Made by a program: the position numbers and the translations under genes
The notes under the pieces: model-generated
What the model was told of the DNA's origin: nothing
The model's input: only the letters and a program-made list of their open reading frames with translations
Database searches by the model: none
In this document: piece after piece, positions 1 through 12,874 of the stretch
Numbering within the stretch: the stretch's first letter is position 1
Layout: every line of letters begins with the position of its first letter
Assembly: GCA_028534125.1 (NCBI GenBank)
Contig: CM052817.1
Span: forward strand, 91,080,001-91,144,000
Direction: 5' to 3'
Length of the DNA stretch: 64,000 nucleotides
From: Lama glama
Taxonomy: Eukaryota

Positions 1-1920
1 GGTAGGGAAGATCTGTCTCTGTTCTATGCAGGGCCGCTGGGAGAGCTCATCTTGGGCCACAGCTACACAGTCTCTGAGTGCCTGGTCTTAAATTCTGACT
101 CCTTGTGTTCTGCCTTAAGCCCACACTAAATTTCTAATGTGACTTTCTTCCTTCATGCTGTTTTGCAAACTTGCTGTCAGCCCCTGGATATACAAGAAAA
201 AATCACCAAGATTAAAGACAGACTAAGGGCCATGAAATACATGTAGATCCTGGCCTGAAGGGCTCTGCTCTCTCAGGAGCTGAAGTCTAGAGAGAGGCAG
301 GAGGGTTGAAAGCGTTAGTGAGAAGATAGTTCCCCTACGTGAGGCATCCCTCATTGTTCAGGTTTCCTCTCTGATCCACAGAGATGGGATATTTACACGT
401 TACAGGATAAGACTGCAAATGAGACGGCCCTTTCCTGTGTCCTGCATGTTTTCAGAGAAAAAGAACCACAGCCAACCCTGGACTCCTACCTCACATCTCC
501 TCAAGACCCAAGTTACATGTTTGAACGGCCAGATTGGTGACAGAGAAGCTGTCAGTCATGATGCAGAGGCCTGCCCAGAGTAAGCAACTCTAAATCAAAG
601 AATGAAGAAAGAAATGCCATTCGTGGACCTCTCTGAAACATCCCAAGATAGAAACTTGACTCCCTCGTATCTAAAGTCAAGTGACTGAATCTGGTTGGGT
701 GACTTTTACAGTTGGACACAGGTGACATTTTTAAGGGTTGCAACAGAGAACACCTCATTGCTTTGACATTGGGTAGTAAACAGGAAAACAATACAGCTCC
801 AAGTGTAATAGATCTTTCTTAGTGAGAAACAAACTCATTTTAAAACAATTTTGCTTCATGTGAGTTATGGTGACTTTTAAAACGGTTTCTTTCTTTTCTT
901 CTTTTTTCTTTTTGCTTTGCTTTGCTTGTTTTCTTTTGTCTGAAATGCTACTACAGTAATAATATGAAATATAAACTAGGCTAAAGCTTTTCTATTCTCT
1001 ATATGAGTCATGATTAGCAATTACAACAGAAGAAATAATTTGGATTCCCCTGCTATCCAAAAGTAGAGCTATTCCTATGGCTCCTATGTAAGCCAAAACA
1101 GCATAAAGCAAAAAAGTAAGTACCTTAGGACATATCTTACTAAGAATGTGCAAAATAAATAGAGATAAAGCACAGATTCTCACAGAAACAGTTCAAAGCG
1201 ATGGCAGCTTGATGCTAAGATGCTGAGTGTAGTTCCCTGGGAAGGAGCGTGGTGGCGCCACTCTTGCTGTTCAGGGTCCCCTACTGCTTCTATAACAGCT
1301 TCTGCAAAATAAACACTGAACGCTATTTTCACTTTTTGTTTCTTTTCAGAAATGTGAAAACCCTCTTGGGATTTATCTAGGTTAGTGAAAATAGGTACTA
1401 ATATAAGTCTTCTGTAAAAGCCAAGTGGCATAAAGCAAACATTCAAAAAGTCGGGGGTACCTGTATAGCAAGGATAAGGGCAATCAACAGGAAATACCAA
1501 GATCTTAGCCTCTTCCTCATCAAAGTCTTTTTCTAGATTTACTAACACTCTCTCCATCAAGGATACTTACATATAACTAAATGACTTATAAAAAAATACA
1601 AAAAACCCATATTTAAGCCTCCTCTTAAGTTACCTTCCTTTACTGAGATCTGTGAGATGTCTACTCTTTTACATATATTTTAAAATCCAAAGGGGACTGC
1701 CAACCTGAAATTTCTAAATATACAAGAGGATGTACGATATGTAAATTAATTAATCAAGAGTTCCCATTAGATTAGAGAAGACTAAAGAAAGTTTCTAACG
1801 AGAAACTAGTATTCTTTTCACCTCCAGAGTTCTGCCCCATTTCTCTAATAGAAAATGTTTATTGAGGAAGTATGTTTCAGGCCATTTAAGCAGAGATTTT
1901 AGGCCTTGGGGGACATAGCA

Positions 1921-2426
1921 GTATTCTGGTTGTCTATTGCTGCTAAATGAAAGATCCCAAAAATTTAGTGGCTTCAAAAAAAACAATCATTTTACTATTA
2001 TACCACATAGTTCTGGAGGTTGACTGGGATAACCGAGGCAGTTGTCTGTTGGGGTGTCTGATATAGTTGCAGTCAGCTGGTGACGAGAGTCATCACAAAG
2101 GTTTCCTTAGTCACGTGTCTGGCAGTCAATGCTGGACCTCACCTGGGGGTTTCGCTACAGCAGTTAAACATAGCCTGGGCTTCCTCACAGCATGGTGGCT
2201 GTTCCGAGACTGCAAGAAATCCCAAGAGGACCAGGGGAAGCTGTATCATCTTTTGTGAGTTAGCCTTGGAAATCACAGAGCATCATTTCTGCCAATAGTC
2301 ACAGACCTGCCAAGATTCAAGGGGAAGAAGCACAGATTCCCCACGTCTCTTGATGGAGGAACGACAATGTCACCTTCTAAGAAGACAGGAGATCTGTGGC
2401 CATCTTAGAAAATTCAAACTGCCATG
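1921..2426 (-). mobile_element. MLT1 (ERVL-MaLR) solo LTR, probably MLT1H-like
   Basis: Reverse-orientation MLT 3' end (tctattgctgctaaa...aaaatttagtggcttcaaaaa). Also gggcttcctcacagcatggtggctg, ccaagattcaaggggaag and the end ggccatcttagaaaattcaaactgcca. Confidence 0.85.
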
Positions 2427-2447
2427 AGAAGTGAAAAACATATATAA

Positions 2448-3092
2448 AGTCTCTGCCCTCATTCATAGGTTTAGGGGCAGGAGGAGCCTGGCAATAAGCA
2501 GATCCAGAGGTGAACACAGGAAATATCAGGTGATGATAATTCTAGGAAGAAGAATAAGGGAAAGAAAAGGGTACTGAGGGTATCATCTATTTTCGTGAAG
2601 AGTAGTCACAAAACTCTTCTCTGAAAAGGGGCCATTTAAGCAGAGATTCTGGACCAAATGAGCAACTGAGCCTTGCAGATAGTGGGGCAAGAGCATTCCA
2701 GGTGGAAGAGACAGCAAGTTCAAAGATCACAGGGGGAGACGGTGCTTCATGTGGTCAGGGGATGTCTGGAAGCCAGCATGGTGGGAACAGAGGCCAGGAC
2801 TCAAGAGGCGGGCAGAGAGGTTGCTGGGGACCGATCTCACAGGGCCTTTGGCCACGATGAGAACCATGGCCTTTGCTATGAGTGAAATGAGAAGCCATGG
2901 AGAGTTTCTAGTGGGGGAATGGCAAAATATAGGAAACGTCTGGCTGCTGAGTGACAAAAAGAGGCCCAGCTACTAGATCTAGAGTGAAAGTGGGAGACCA
3001 GTGGAGAGACTTACAATCATCTGGGTATGAGATGATGGTGCCTCGGATAAGGTGTTATCAGAGGAGGTGGTGAGACGTGGTCGGGTTCTGAT
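2448..3092 (-). mobile_element. LINE-2 (L2a-like) fragment
   Basis: Typical antisense L2 motifs: gagcattccaggtggaagagacagcaagttcaaag, gagtgaaatgagaagccatggagagtttct, gagatgatggtgcctcgga. Confidence 0.8.
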
Positions 3093-5430
3093 GCTAAAAA
3101 TACCAAACTCTATTTTTCTTAGCATTCAGATAATAAGCCATCTGTATTGATCTAAATATTAAAACCTTGGCTTAATCAACATTGAAAGATCCAAATGTAT
3201 CAATTATCCTTGGGCTGCGTAACACAAGCAAATTTTCTTTTAACATAGCATTATGGGTTATCACAAAAGCTTTGGAAAACTTTTTCCTTCTACAACTTTA
3301 CTATTTTTCCCTCCTGTGAAGTCGTCTAATCTGCATATCCAAAGTGAAATGCAAAATTAAGGCACTCAGCACTGAGGCCAAAAACATTTGACTGAAATAT
3401 CTAGGCAATTGAAGAAAAACGTTTTAGGGCATCCATTGGATGTAGGCAGTTACCACAAATTTCCACTTCCCTTTACATCTGCCAATAACAGCAGAAGCTG
3501 GGGTGGAACTCATGGGTAAGAAAAATGTCCCCTGTGAGGTAAATGGCCTGTGGGACAAGAGAGTAAATCACTCTTCAGGGTACTGGGTGCCCTAAAGGAG
3601 GTCAGCCCCTCCCACACATTAGATCACTTTATTCCCAGGGAGGTTTACATTCATACCGGCTTATTGACCACACGGTCAGGACGGTTAGGCAGCTCTTAAT
3701 AGATTATGGGTTATTTCTTTATTATGTTTACTAAATGGTGGTGCATCTAATCATTTTTATCATGTAGGGAAATTTCATGAGGTCTCTCTGGCCGAGCCAA
3801 ATCCCCAATTCCCTGTTTATTCCCTTATGCCGTAACTAAAAGTTAGCTGAACCAATTAAAGTGTACATAATAAGCCAATTAGTAGTTCCTTACTTTTCTT
3901 AATGACTGGATAATGTGTGCCTGCTCAGATTACAGCTCATTTGAGAAGATTCCTTGCTATGTTACTGCTACAATTTGGCATTATTTTATTTCTTTCAGTA
4001 TCCACAGCATTAATCCTCCTTTGAGAAGATCCTCCTTTGAGATTCCATAGAAATTGAGCTTGTCCATACAAGATAATCATTCACCCTTCAAGTCCAGCAT
4101 CATGACCATCAGTCTGAATTGTTGCAAAAGGACTCCCCTTTCAAAACTAAGCTGAAGCCAAACCACATTCTGAAGACAAGGCCCTTCCCTGGGGAATCAG
4201 CTGACACTTTGGATATAAGGGCTTTTGGGCCCCTGTTTTCAAACTTACACTATTATCTTGCTACCACCAGAGGTTAATCACTATGTTCTGTGAGGCTCTT
4301 TTTGCCTTGATCCATTCACCGAGATCAAACATGCAAATAAGCAAAACCTATCCAAGGCCAAGGCCAAGGCCAAGATTCTATCCATGGATTACGGGGAAAG
4401 AGAAACTCTTGGATTATTGCAAAAGAGCCAGCTCAAAGAAAAAAAAAAAAGGAAAAAAAATTTTGTAACTTTGTCAACATTTATTTTCACCAAACAACTC
4501 ATTAAATCACTATATAAGTCAACACATATGGTCGGATATGACAGTTTAAATTCCAGAAAGAGTTATAAGTCAAGTTAAACTCATAATACATAATGTAGTC
4601 TGGGTGTCTCATCCATGAATTATAACATTTTTATTACATCCCAACTGCAAATTTACCAACTTCTTCCCTGTCCTGCCAATCTCTTGATTAAATGGGGGAC
4701 TGTTTGGCATTATGAAAATATATTATAGTAAAAGATGACTCCATCATGTGTCTTGCTTATTTCAATATCCTTATTTAAAGCTTCATCACTAGAGCAGCTG
4801 GCCCAGACTGAATTGTTGATTTTACAAAGTGATAGCAATAAGGACAAAACAGGAAAAAAATTTTTTTTGGCCAAAAAAGGCCCATGTTCCACAGTCATTA
4901 CCCTGCTGTGTCTTGCTGTATCTTTCTCTAACATTTGTGTTCCTTCAATACTTAGTGACCATTTTGATCACTTTCGTTCCTTCTCTTCAAAGTTATTCTT
5001 GCTTTACAGGTCCAATTCCCATGGGCCCAACTGAAGGGTATTTTATTCCATGTCTTACACTGATAATGGGGCAATAACTTGTACCCATGAAGTTTCCTCA
5101 TAAAATCGTTTAATGTCTTGAAGCAGTGCCAGTATGTCAGCTGAGGGAGAGAATCAAGTAGACATCATTTTCACATTTATCGGAGACCCACAGTGCATTA
5201 AATCCTTATAAAGAACTTGCTTAAAAATTATCTTCTTTTAGAAGTTTAGACTCTAAAATGAAAGGACATATAAATCTTTCAAAATATAAATAATAAGTAC
5301 TTACATATTGATCAGCTTTAATAATTTTGTTTTATTTATATTTGTTTCGGATTAAAGTGGTTTGTTCAATTTTTCTAGTTGCAAAGAAATACATATTTAT
5401 TACAGAAAATTTTGAAAATAAAAAGTTCTA

Positions 5431-5458
5431 AGAAAGAAAGAAAGAAAGAAAGAAAGAA
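5431..5458. repeat. (AAAG)n microsatellite
   Basis: Seen directly. Confidence 0.9.
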
Positions 5459-5703
5459 TTACCCGTAATCCCAATACCCAAAGATATGGAGTGGTAACAT
5501 TTTACAGTTTTCACAATTAATTCCGATGTATGGTATCCATTCATAGTAAAAGAGAAAAAAGTGCATTACTGGTGGAATTTTTCTCAAGGAGAAACCATCT
5601 TTGTTTAGGAACACTTCTGAATAAACCTGTTTGATTATAAACTTGAAGCCCACAAGGCTTGGCTTGAATCTTCTAAGACAGGACAAAAGAATATCTAAAT
5701 GGG

Positions 5704-6389
5704 TTCAGCCACTGTGGAAAACAGTATGGAGAGCCCTTAAAAAACTGAAAATAGACTTACATATGATCCAGCAATCTCACTCCTGGGCATACACCCAGAG
5801 GAAACTCTAATTCAAAAAGATACATGCATCCCAATGTTCAGAGCAGCACTGTTTACAATAGCCAAGACATGCAAGCAACCTAAATGTCCACTGACAGATG
5901 ACTGGATAAAGAAAATGTGGTATACTTATACAGTGGAATACTACTCAGCCATAAAAAGAATAAAATAATGCCATTTTCAGCAACATAGGTGGACTGGGAG
6001 ATCATCGTACTAAGTGAAGTAAGTCAGACAGAGAAAGAAAAACACCTCATGATGTCACTTATATGTGGAATCTAAAAAAAGGGGTGGGGCACAAATGGAC
6101 TTATTTACAAAACAGAAACAGACTCATTGACATAGAAAACAAACTTATGGTTACCCATGGGGTATGAGAGTGAGAAGGGATATATAAAATAAACAACAAA
6201 GCCCTACTGTATAGCACAGGGAACTATATTCAATACCTTGTAATGAAAAAGAATATGAAAAGGAATATATTATATATATATATATGCACACACATATAAA
6301 TACACACACACATATATAAAGGAATCACTGTGCTCTACACCAGAAATTATCACAACATTGTAAATCTACTATACTTCAATTAAAAAAAA
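5704..6389 (+). mobile_element. 5'-truncated LINE-1 (ORF2 C-terminus + 3'UTR + A tail)
   Basis: cagccactgtggaaaacagtatggag...atatgatccagcaatctcactcctggg...tatacttcaattaaaaaaaa; artiodactyl-type L1 3'UTR. Confidence 0.95.
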
Positions 6390-6401
6390 GAAAGAAAAGA
6401 A

Positions 6402-6842
6402 CCGACAACATAATGCCATTTGCAGCAACATGGATGCTCCTGGAGAATGTCATTCTAAGTGAAGTAAGCCAGAAAGAGAAAGAAAAATACCATATGAGAT
6501 CGCTCATATGTGGAATCTAAAAACAAAAACAAAAACAAACAAACAAACAAAAACAAGGCGTAAATACAGGACAGAAATAGACTCATAGACAGAGAATACA
6601 GACTTGTGGTTACCAGGGGGGTGGAGGATGGGAAGGGATAGACTGGGATTTCAAAATTGTAGAATAGATAAACAAGATTACACTGTATAGCACAGGGAAA
6701 TATACACAAAATGTTATGATAACTCACAGAGAAAAAAATGTGCCAATGAGTGTGTATATGTCCATGAATGACTGAAAAATTGTGCTGAACATTGGAATTT
6801 GACACAACATTGTAAAATGATTATAAATCAATAAAAAATGTT
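6402..6842 (+). mobile_element. Young camelid-type L1 3' end inserted into the A-tail of the preceding L1
   Basis: Distinct 3'UTR (gggaagggatagactgggatttcaaaattgtag...aaatcaataaaaaatgttaaaaaa). Perfect 18-bp TSD aaaaaagaaagaaaagaa at 6384-6401 and 6843-6860. Confidence 0.92.
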
Positions 6843-7035
6843 AAAAAAGAAAGAAAAGAAAATTTCCCTTTCTAGCAGCTTGGCTTTGTGTAGATGCATA
6901 AGTCTCAATGGTCCTGGAAGTAACTGTCATAAATATTTCAGAAAAACTAGAAAATATTGAGGTGACATCATATTTTATTCTGACATAAATAACATCACTA
7001 CTGTAGGTAAGTTTATAAATATTTCCTTAAATTCT

Positions 7036-7535
7036 NNNNNNNNNNNNNNNNNNNNNNNNNNNNNNNNNNNNNNNNNNNNNNNNNNNNNNNNNNNNNNNNN
7101 NNNNNNNNNNNNNNNNNNNNNNNNNNNNNNNNNNNNNNNNNNNNNNNNNNNNNNNNNNNNNNNNNNNNNNNNNNNNNNNNNNNNNNNNNNNNNNNNNNNN
7201 NNNNNNNNNNNNNNNNNNNNNNNNNNNNNNNNNNNNNNNNNNNNNNNNNNNNNNNNNNNNNNNNNNNNNNNNNNNNNNNNNNNNNNNNNNNNNNNNNNNN
7301 NNNNNNNNNNNNNNNNNNNNNNNNNNNNNNNNNNNNNNNNNNNNNNNNNNNNNNNNNNNNNNNNNNNNNNNNNNNNNNNNNNNNNNNNNNNNNNNNNNNN
7401 NNNNNNNNNNNNNNNNNNNNNNNNNNNNNNNNNNNNNNNNNNNNNNNNNNNNNNNNNNNNNNNNNNNNNNNNNNNNNNNNNNNNNNNNNNNNNNNNNNNN
7501 NNNNNNNNNNNNNNNNNNNNNNNNNNNNNNNNNNN
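7036..7535. other. Assembly gap (500 N)
   Basis: Run of exactly 500 N. Flanks 6837-7035 and 7536-7734 are identical. Confidence 0.99.
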
Positions 7536-9121
7536 AATGTTAAAAAAGAAAGAAAAGAAAATTTCCCTTTCTAGCAGCTTGGCTTTGTGTAGATGCATAA
7601 GTCTCAATGGTCCTGGAAGTAACTGTCATAAATATTTCAGAAAAACTAGAAAATATTGAGGTGACATCATATTTTATTCTGACATAAATAACATCACTAC
7701 TGTAGGTAAGTTTATAAATATTTCCTTAAATTCTTTAGAATTCCTTAAAAGCAAAGGAGGGGCTTAACTTGTGTAACAACACTTGAAAGCCCAGACAACA
7801 AACCAAAATTAAGAGAACAGTTGACAAATTTATTTGAATTACTTTAGTTATACTTTATGCAACAATAAGACTAGCAATTTAACCTGGTGGATATAAAAAA
7901 ACAGCTATTCTGAAGTATAGGTAAAAATAATTTACAGGTCAATAAACAGTGTAGCCTTTCATGGCTACTTACATGTGAGCAATTGTTATTAAAAATCTTA
8001 GAGCACAATTTAAAAATATGAATATCTAAATAGTTTTCCCCTAGAAATGGACAGGAATCATAACCTAGGAGGAAAGAGGAGAAATTAAAGAAGAGAGAGG
8101 TGCCGCTGGCATTGTAGAAGAAATGACCAGTGCTTTTTAAGGCAGGTCTATCTAAAGGTTAGAATATGAATGTCTAATATGCTTTTAATAGAAGCAATAA
8201 ACACAGACACTCTAACCCTCCAGGTCAACCACTATCAACTGCTTAATCTTCATAAAGTCTGCAATACACAGCAGCTAAAGTTGGTGGGACTTTGGAGAGA
8301 AAAGACATTGGATAAGGGCAGTATGTATCAGGATAATATCAGGCAAGAAAAGAAACAACATCCAAGAGGGCACAATGCAAACCAGAAATAAAATCTGGAA
8401 CCAAAGTAGGAACTCACAGCCAGAAGGGAAGATGGAAAATGTCACTTCCCTGGAATCCTAAAGATAATGGAAGAAACACTGAGTTTCCCATTGGAATGGA
8501 GACATAAACCAAATTTTATTTAAATATCCAAGACAGATGACCCCCAGTAAGGCAGGAGTTTCAGACCTGATATCTGGATTACGTTTTCAGGAAAATACTG
8601 GAAGCTTTAAATGATGATGATGGTGGTGGTGGTGGTGGTGCTTACACACTTAAAGGTGGCTGTGATGAAAAAGACATGAGAGTGTTCTAAAAATACTGTT
8701 CAGTCAATCAAGTAAACAGATAAAATTCCAGTATTTGCCAAGCACTTTCAGAGACAGTTTGCTCAGGTGGAATGAACACAATCCTGATTGCATCCAGTTT
8801 CAGATCTGGTCCATTAACAGCTTCTGAACCCACTCTCCCTATCTATGATTAGCTCTATGGAGAATCTTTGGCATTGGTTACACAGTAATGAGGGAGGAGT
8901 GTGGAAGTCGAGAGAGAATGGGGTCAACTAAGTATGAATCCATTTGTGTTATTACCACGTGCTATGCCTTGAATCACAGGAATATAACCTTTAATTCACA
9001 TATAAAACCACATAGGCGGTACCAAGTATAGTTCAGCAATCAGGTAAGGGAAAGTCACCAGAAGTTAGAAGAGTCAGAGATGTTTGATAACGTAAATGAA
9101 CCTTTAAAGAATGTCAGTAGA

Positions 9122-9125
9122 AAAT

Positions 9126-9213
<88 letters not shown>

Positions 9214-9224
9214 AAGAAAGAAAC

Positions 9225-9305
<81 letters not shown>

Positions 9306-9380
9306 AAAAGAAAAGAAAAGAAGGAAGGAAGGAAGAAAAGAAGGAAGGAAGTTTTTAAAAGAAAAGAAAAAAGGAAAAAA
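9122..9380. repeat. Compound (GAAA)n/(GA)n/(GGAA)n polypurine microsatellite
   Basis: Seen directly; source of the spurious K/E/R-rich and F/L/S-rich ORFs. Confidence 0.98.
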
Positions 9381-9949
9381 GACAAGGATTTATTATGGCT
9401 TGGAATATGGTTAGATAGGAAGAGAGTAACTCTGTCAAACAGAAAGCTCAGGTTGGAAATTCAGAGTAGGATCAGATGATGATGGCTAAGAAGAAGACTG
9501 TCTTAATTGTCTCAATTTATTAGGAAACAGAGAACAAATGTAGATCCTTGATCAGGGACTGCCATGATCAAGTGATAAAAATTGCATATTTTTATCATGA
9601 TAAAAGTGGAATATTCGAAAGATCAGTTTTACTCGGAGTTACAGGGATAAAATATAGTATGGAGAACACAGAAAATGTTGCTATAGTAATACAAGTTGAA
9701 AGTGAGGACGGATGTGACCAAGTGGCTCAGTAGCGCCATCTTCATGTAATGGCTGTATTTACTAGGCACCTGAAAGGAGTTACATAAAGGAACAAGAATT
9801 TAAGTGCCTGTTTTTATTTTATTGTCTGAAATGCCAATGGGCTAACAAGACTAATAGGGCTTATAACACAAAGTAGAGTGGGGACAATAGGGAGATTATG
9901 GGGAGTTATTCAGAAAAAGGAATTTGAGTCAGAAAACAAGCCAACCTAG

Positions 9950-10700
9950 TATATTTGTTTCCTATTATTGCTGTAACCTTTTTTTTTTGCATTTTAAAAT
10001 TTTTTATTTGTTTTTCCTTCATATATAGTTTTAACACAATTTTTAAGGGTTACAGTCCATTTACAGTTATTACAAAATATTGGCTCTGTTCCCCATGTAC
10101 AATACATCCTCGAGCCTATTTTACACCCAGTAGTTTGTACCTCTCAGCCCCTCACCCCTGTATTGCCCCTCTGCACCCCACTGGTAACCACTAGTTTGTT
10201 CTCTATATCTGTGAGTCTGCCTCTTTTTTATTATATTCACTTAGTTTGTTATATCTTTTAGAGTCCACATATAAATAATAGCATACAGTATTTGTCTTTC
10301 TCTGACTTATTTCACTTAGCATAATGTCCTTCAAGTCCATCCATGTTGCTGCAAATGGCAAAATTTCACTCTTTATTATGGCTGAGTAATATTCTAGGGT
10401 ATATATGAACCACATCTTCTTTATTTGTTCATCTGCTGATGGACATTTAGGATGCTTCCATACTTTGGCAATTGTAAATAGTGCTGCTATGGTCATTGGA
10501 GTGTATCTTTTCAAACTAGTGATTTGATTTTTTTCAGATACATATTCAGGAGTGGCATTGCTCGGTCATATTTTTAATATTTTGGGAAACTTTTGTCCTG
10601 TTTTCCACAGTGGCTTCACTACTGTAACAAATTATCACAAACTTAGTCACTTGAATAACACAAATCTATCACCTTATAGTTGTGGAAGTCTGTCAACAGC
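9950..10700 (-). mobile_element. MLT1 LTR fragment split by an L1 insertion
   Basis: tttcctattattgctgtaac [L1] ctgtaacaaattatcacaaacttagtcacttgaataacacaaatctatcaccttatagtt joins into a reversed MLT1 3' end. Confidence 0.65.
9978..10618 (-). mobile_element. 5'-truncated LINE-1 (older L1MA9/L1_Art-like 3' end)
   Basis: ORF 10203-10514 reads as the L1 ORF2 C-terminus (IAALFTIAKVWKHPKCPS...WMDLKDIMLSEISQ). Poly-T at left. ctgtaac is repeated at 9971-9977 and 10622-10628. Confidence 0.93.
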
Positions 10701-11539
10701 ATCCTCTGTTTAGCCAGAACCTTGTCATGTGGTCACACTCGGCTGGGAAGTAAAGTTATGAGGCTCTGAGATGGGCTAGCCAGGCAACAATATCTGTGAC
10801 ATCCCATGAAACTATTTCCTTAGCGGAAATGGAAAGCTTTCAAATGGAAACAAGTCATTGCTTCAAAATCACACACCAAGAATGAGGCAAAGGAGGGAGA
10901 GGAAAAAGAGGAGATGGAAAAATATTTCCTTCTAGAGAACAACTGCGTGATATTTGATAGCATTTATGGGACATAAGAGACTGTTTCCTAGTGAGCTGGT
11001 GGCATGTTTTTCCCTGGAGATATTTAAGGATTTTCAATTGCAGTCAAGTGAATGGAAATGTTTTATAATTTCTCTCCTACCAGAAAGCAAGGAAATTGAC
11101 AAAATAGTCCCCTGAGTTTAATCCCAGTCTGTGCTTATGGAATATTAGGTTTCTATCTTTTCGGAACTGCTTGGGAAATTGTTCCTGACAATAATCCACA
11201 AACTCCAAGTACAGAAATAAGGCCAAGAGGGAAAAAAGCCAGATACTTAAAAAATGACACTGACATATTCCCAGGGATATATCAATGTTGTGAATGGTTT
11301 GATATAAGTCATTTTGTGTTTGAACAAGAATTTTAGGGTCAATATTACCTGTAATAAGTCGAATTCCACACATGGGCTTCCTCCATAGCCCCAAACATGT
11401 AAATCCAAGGTGGAAGTAAAGAAAAAACAATCATGGAATCTTTCAAGAATCTAGTCACTTAAGAGAGAATATTATCATCCCAAATATTCAGTGATAACTA
11501 TCCAATTGAAAGAGAGAATGTTTATGTGTGTGCATATCA

Positions 11540-11584
<45 letters not shown>
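11540..11584. repeat. (TG)n(AG)n compound microsatellite
   Basis: Seen directly. Confidence 0.95.
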
Positions 11585-11586
<2 letters not shown>

Positions 11587-12042
11587 GAGAGCAGAGAGCA
11601 GTAAAAAGAAATAGAAATGTTTTTAATGAATAAAACTCTGCAAACACTTCACTCCACCTGTGCAGAAATTATTGAGAGCTATGTTCTTTTGCTGACCCAG
11701 CAAGATATTTGGTTAGCAAATCTCTTGACTACATAAGAGCACATTGCCAAATTACTTAACTTGTTAATAACTTCTGAAAACAGAAGTTCTTGGCAGCTCC
11801 TTTGCTAAGGGGGCACGGGGCTTGTTTTGAGCTCTCTCTCTGCTCTGGCAGAGTCTTCCTCTTCCCACCCTTGGCTCCAGATCCCAGTTTACCTATTTGT
11901 CTTTCCAAGAAGCTGCAATGGAGTCCTGCATCCTCATGTGTACTTGCTGAGACTGAATCTACTTGATAATCCTCCTGTCTAGTCCCCTCTAATTCATGAA
12001 AAGAATTCTGTGAAGGTTTAAATGTAGTCTGTGCCATATCCA

Positions 12043-12590
12043 ATTTAATTCAATACATATTTATTGAGGGCCCGCCTAGCATTGTGCTCCGCACTGTGTG
12101 GACTATAAAAGAAATATATAGTACAGTCCCTCCTGTCAAGGAGTTTGCAATATTCCTGGGAATAAAACATGGATGCTGTAGCAATTACAGGATGCAAGCT
12201 AGGATAGAGCAATGAAATAAAGTTATGTAACCAAGACCAAAATATAAGGTACAGACAACATTATGTTTGGTCAGAGCAGGCAGGATGGAGCTACGGGGAA
12301 TTGTTGGTAGAAGAGAGGGAACTTGAGCTTGTCCTTGGGGGATGTATGATTCAGCTGGGCACCACAGCAGAGAAGGGCACTTCAGGCAGTGGAGAGAGTG
12401 TGAGTAAAATCAGAGAACACGAACAGCAGGCAGGATAAGTAAGAGGGAAAGAGAAGAGGCCAGGCTGACTGGAGAGAAGGGGATGGAGGTCGGAGAGTTA
12501 TGTGAGAGAAAGCTAGATGGGAAGGTTATAATGAAACCACAGAATGCCTTAAAGGGCACAGTGATGAATGTGGACTTGAGCCATACGCCC
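12043..12590 (-). mobile_element. LINE-2 fragment
   Basis: attcaatacatatttattgagg...gtccctcctgtcaaggagtttgcaat...acttgagcttgtccttggggg: antisense L2 3' end. Confidence 0.65.
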
Positions 12591-12689
12591 TTAGTCTCTC
12601 TGTATCCCTTCCCTGATGTCGATGCTTTCATTGTCGTCAGAGAATTCATTCACTGGCAGCCAGCATGACGTGTTCAAAAGAACATAGGC

Positions 12690-12850
12690 TATAGAATGAG
12701 AAAACTGCTTCTGCCTCCCATGTGACCTTAGCAAAGTCACTTAACTACTCAAATTTTAGTTTCCACAACTGTAAAAATGGGAATATCATTATCTCCAACA
12801 GGGTTGTTCTGAAAAATAGAGATAATGTGTATAATATGCCATATGGGTAC
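12690..12850 (+). mobile_element. MIR SINE
   Basis: tgtgaccttagcaaagtcacttaact...agtttccacaactgtaaaaatggg...cagggttgtt. Confidence 0.8.
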
Positions 12851-12874
12851 AAGTATATGGAATCCTTTATGAGT

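Noticed and set aside
6975..7607. 210-aa ORF
   Set aside because: Almost entirely the N-gap.
9055..9479. K/E/R-rich and F/L/S-rich ORFs
   Set aside because: Translations of the (GAAA)n microsatellite.
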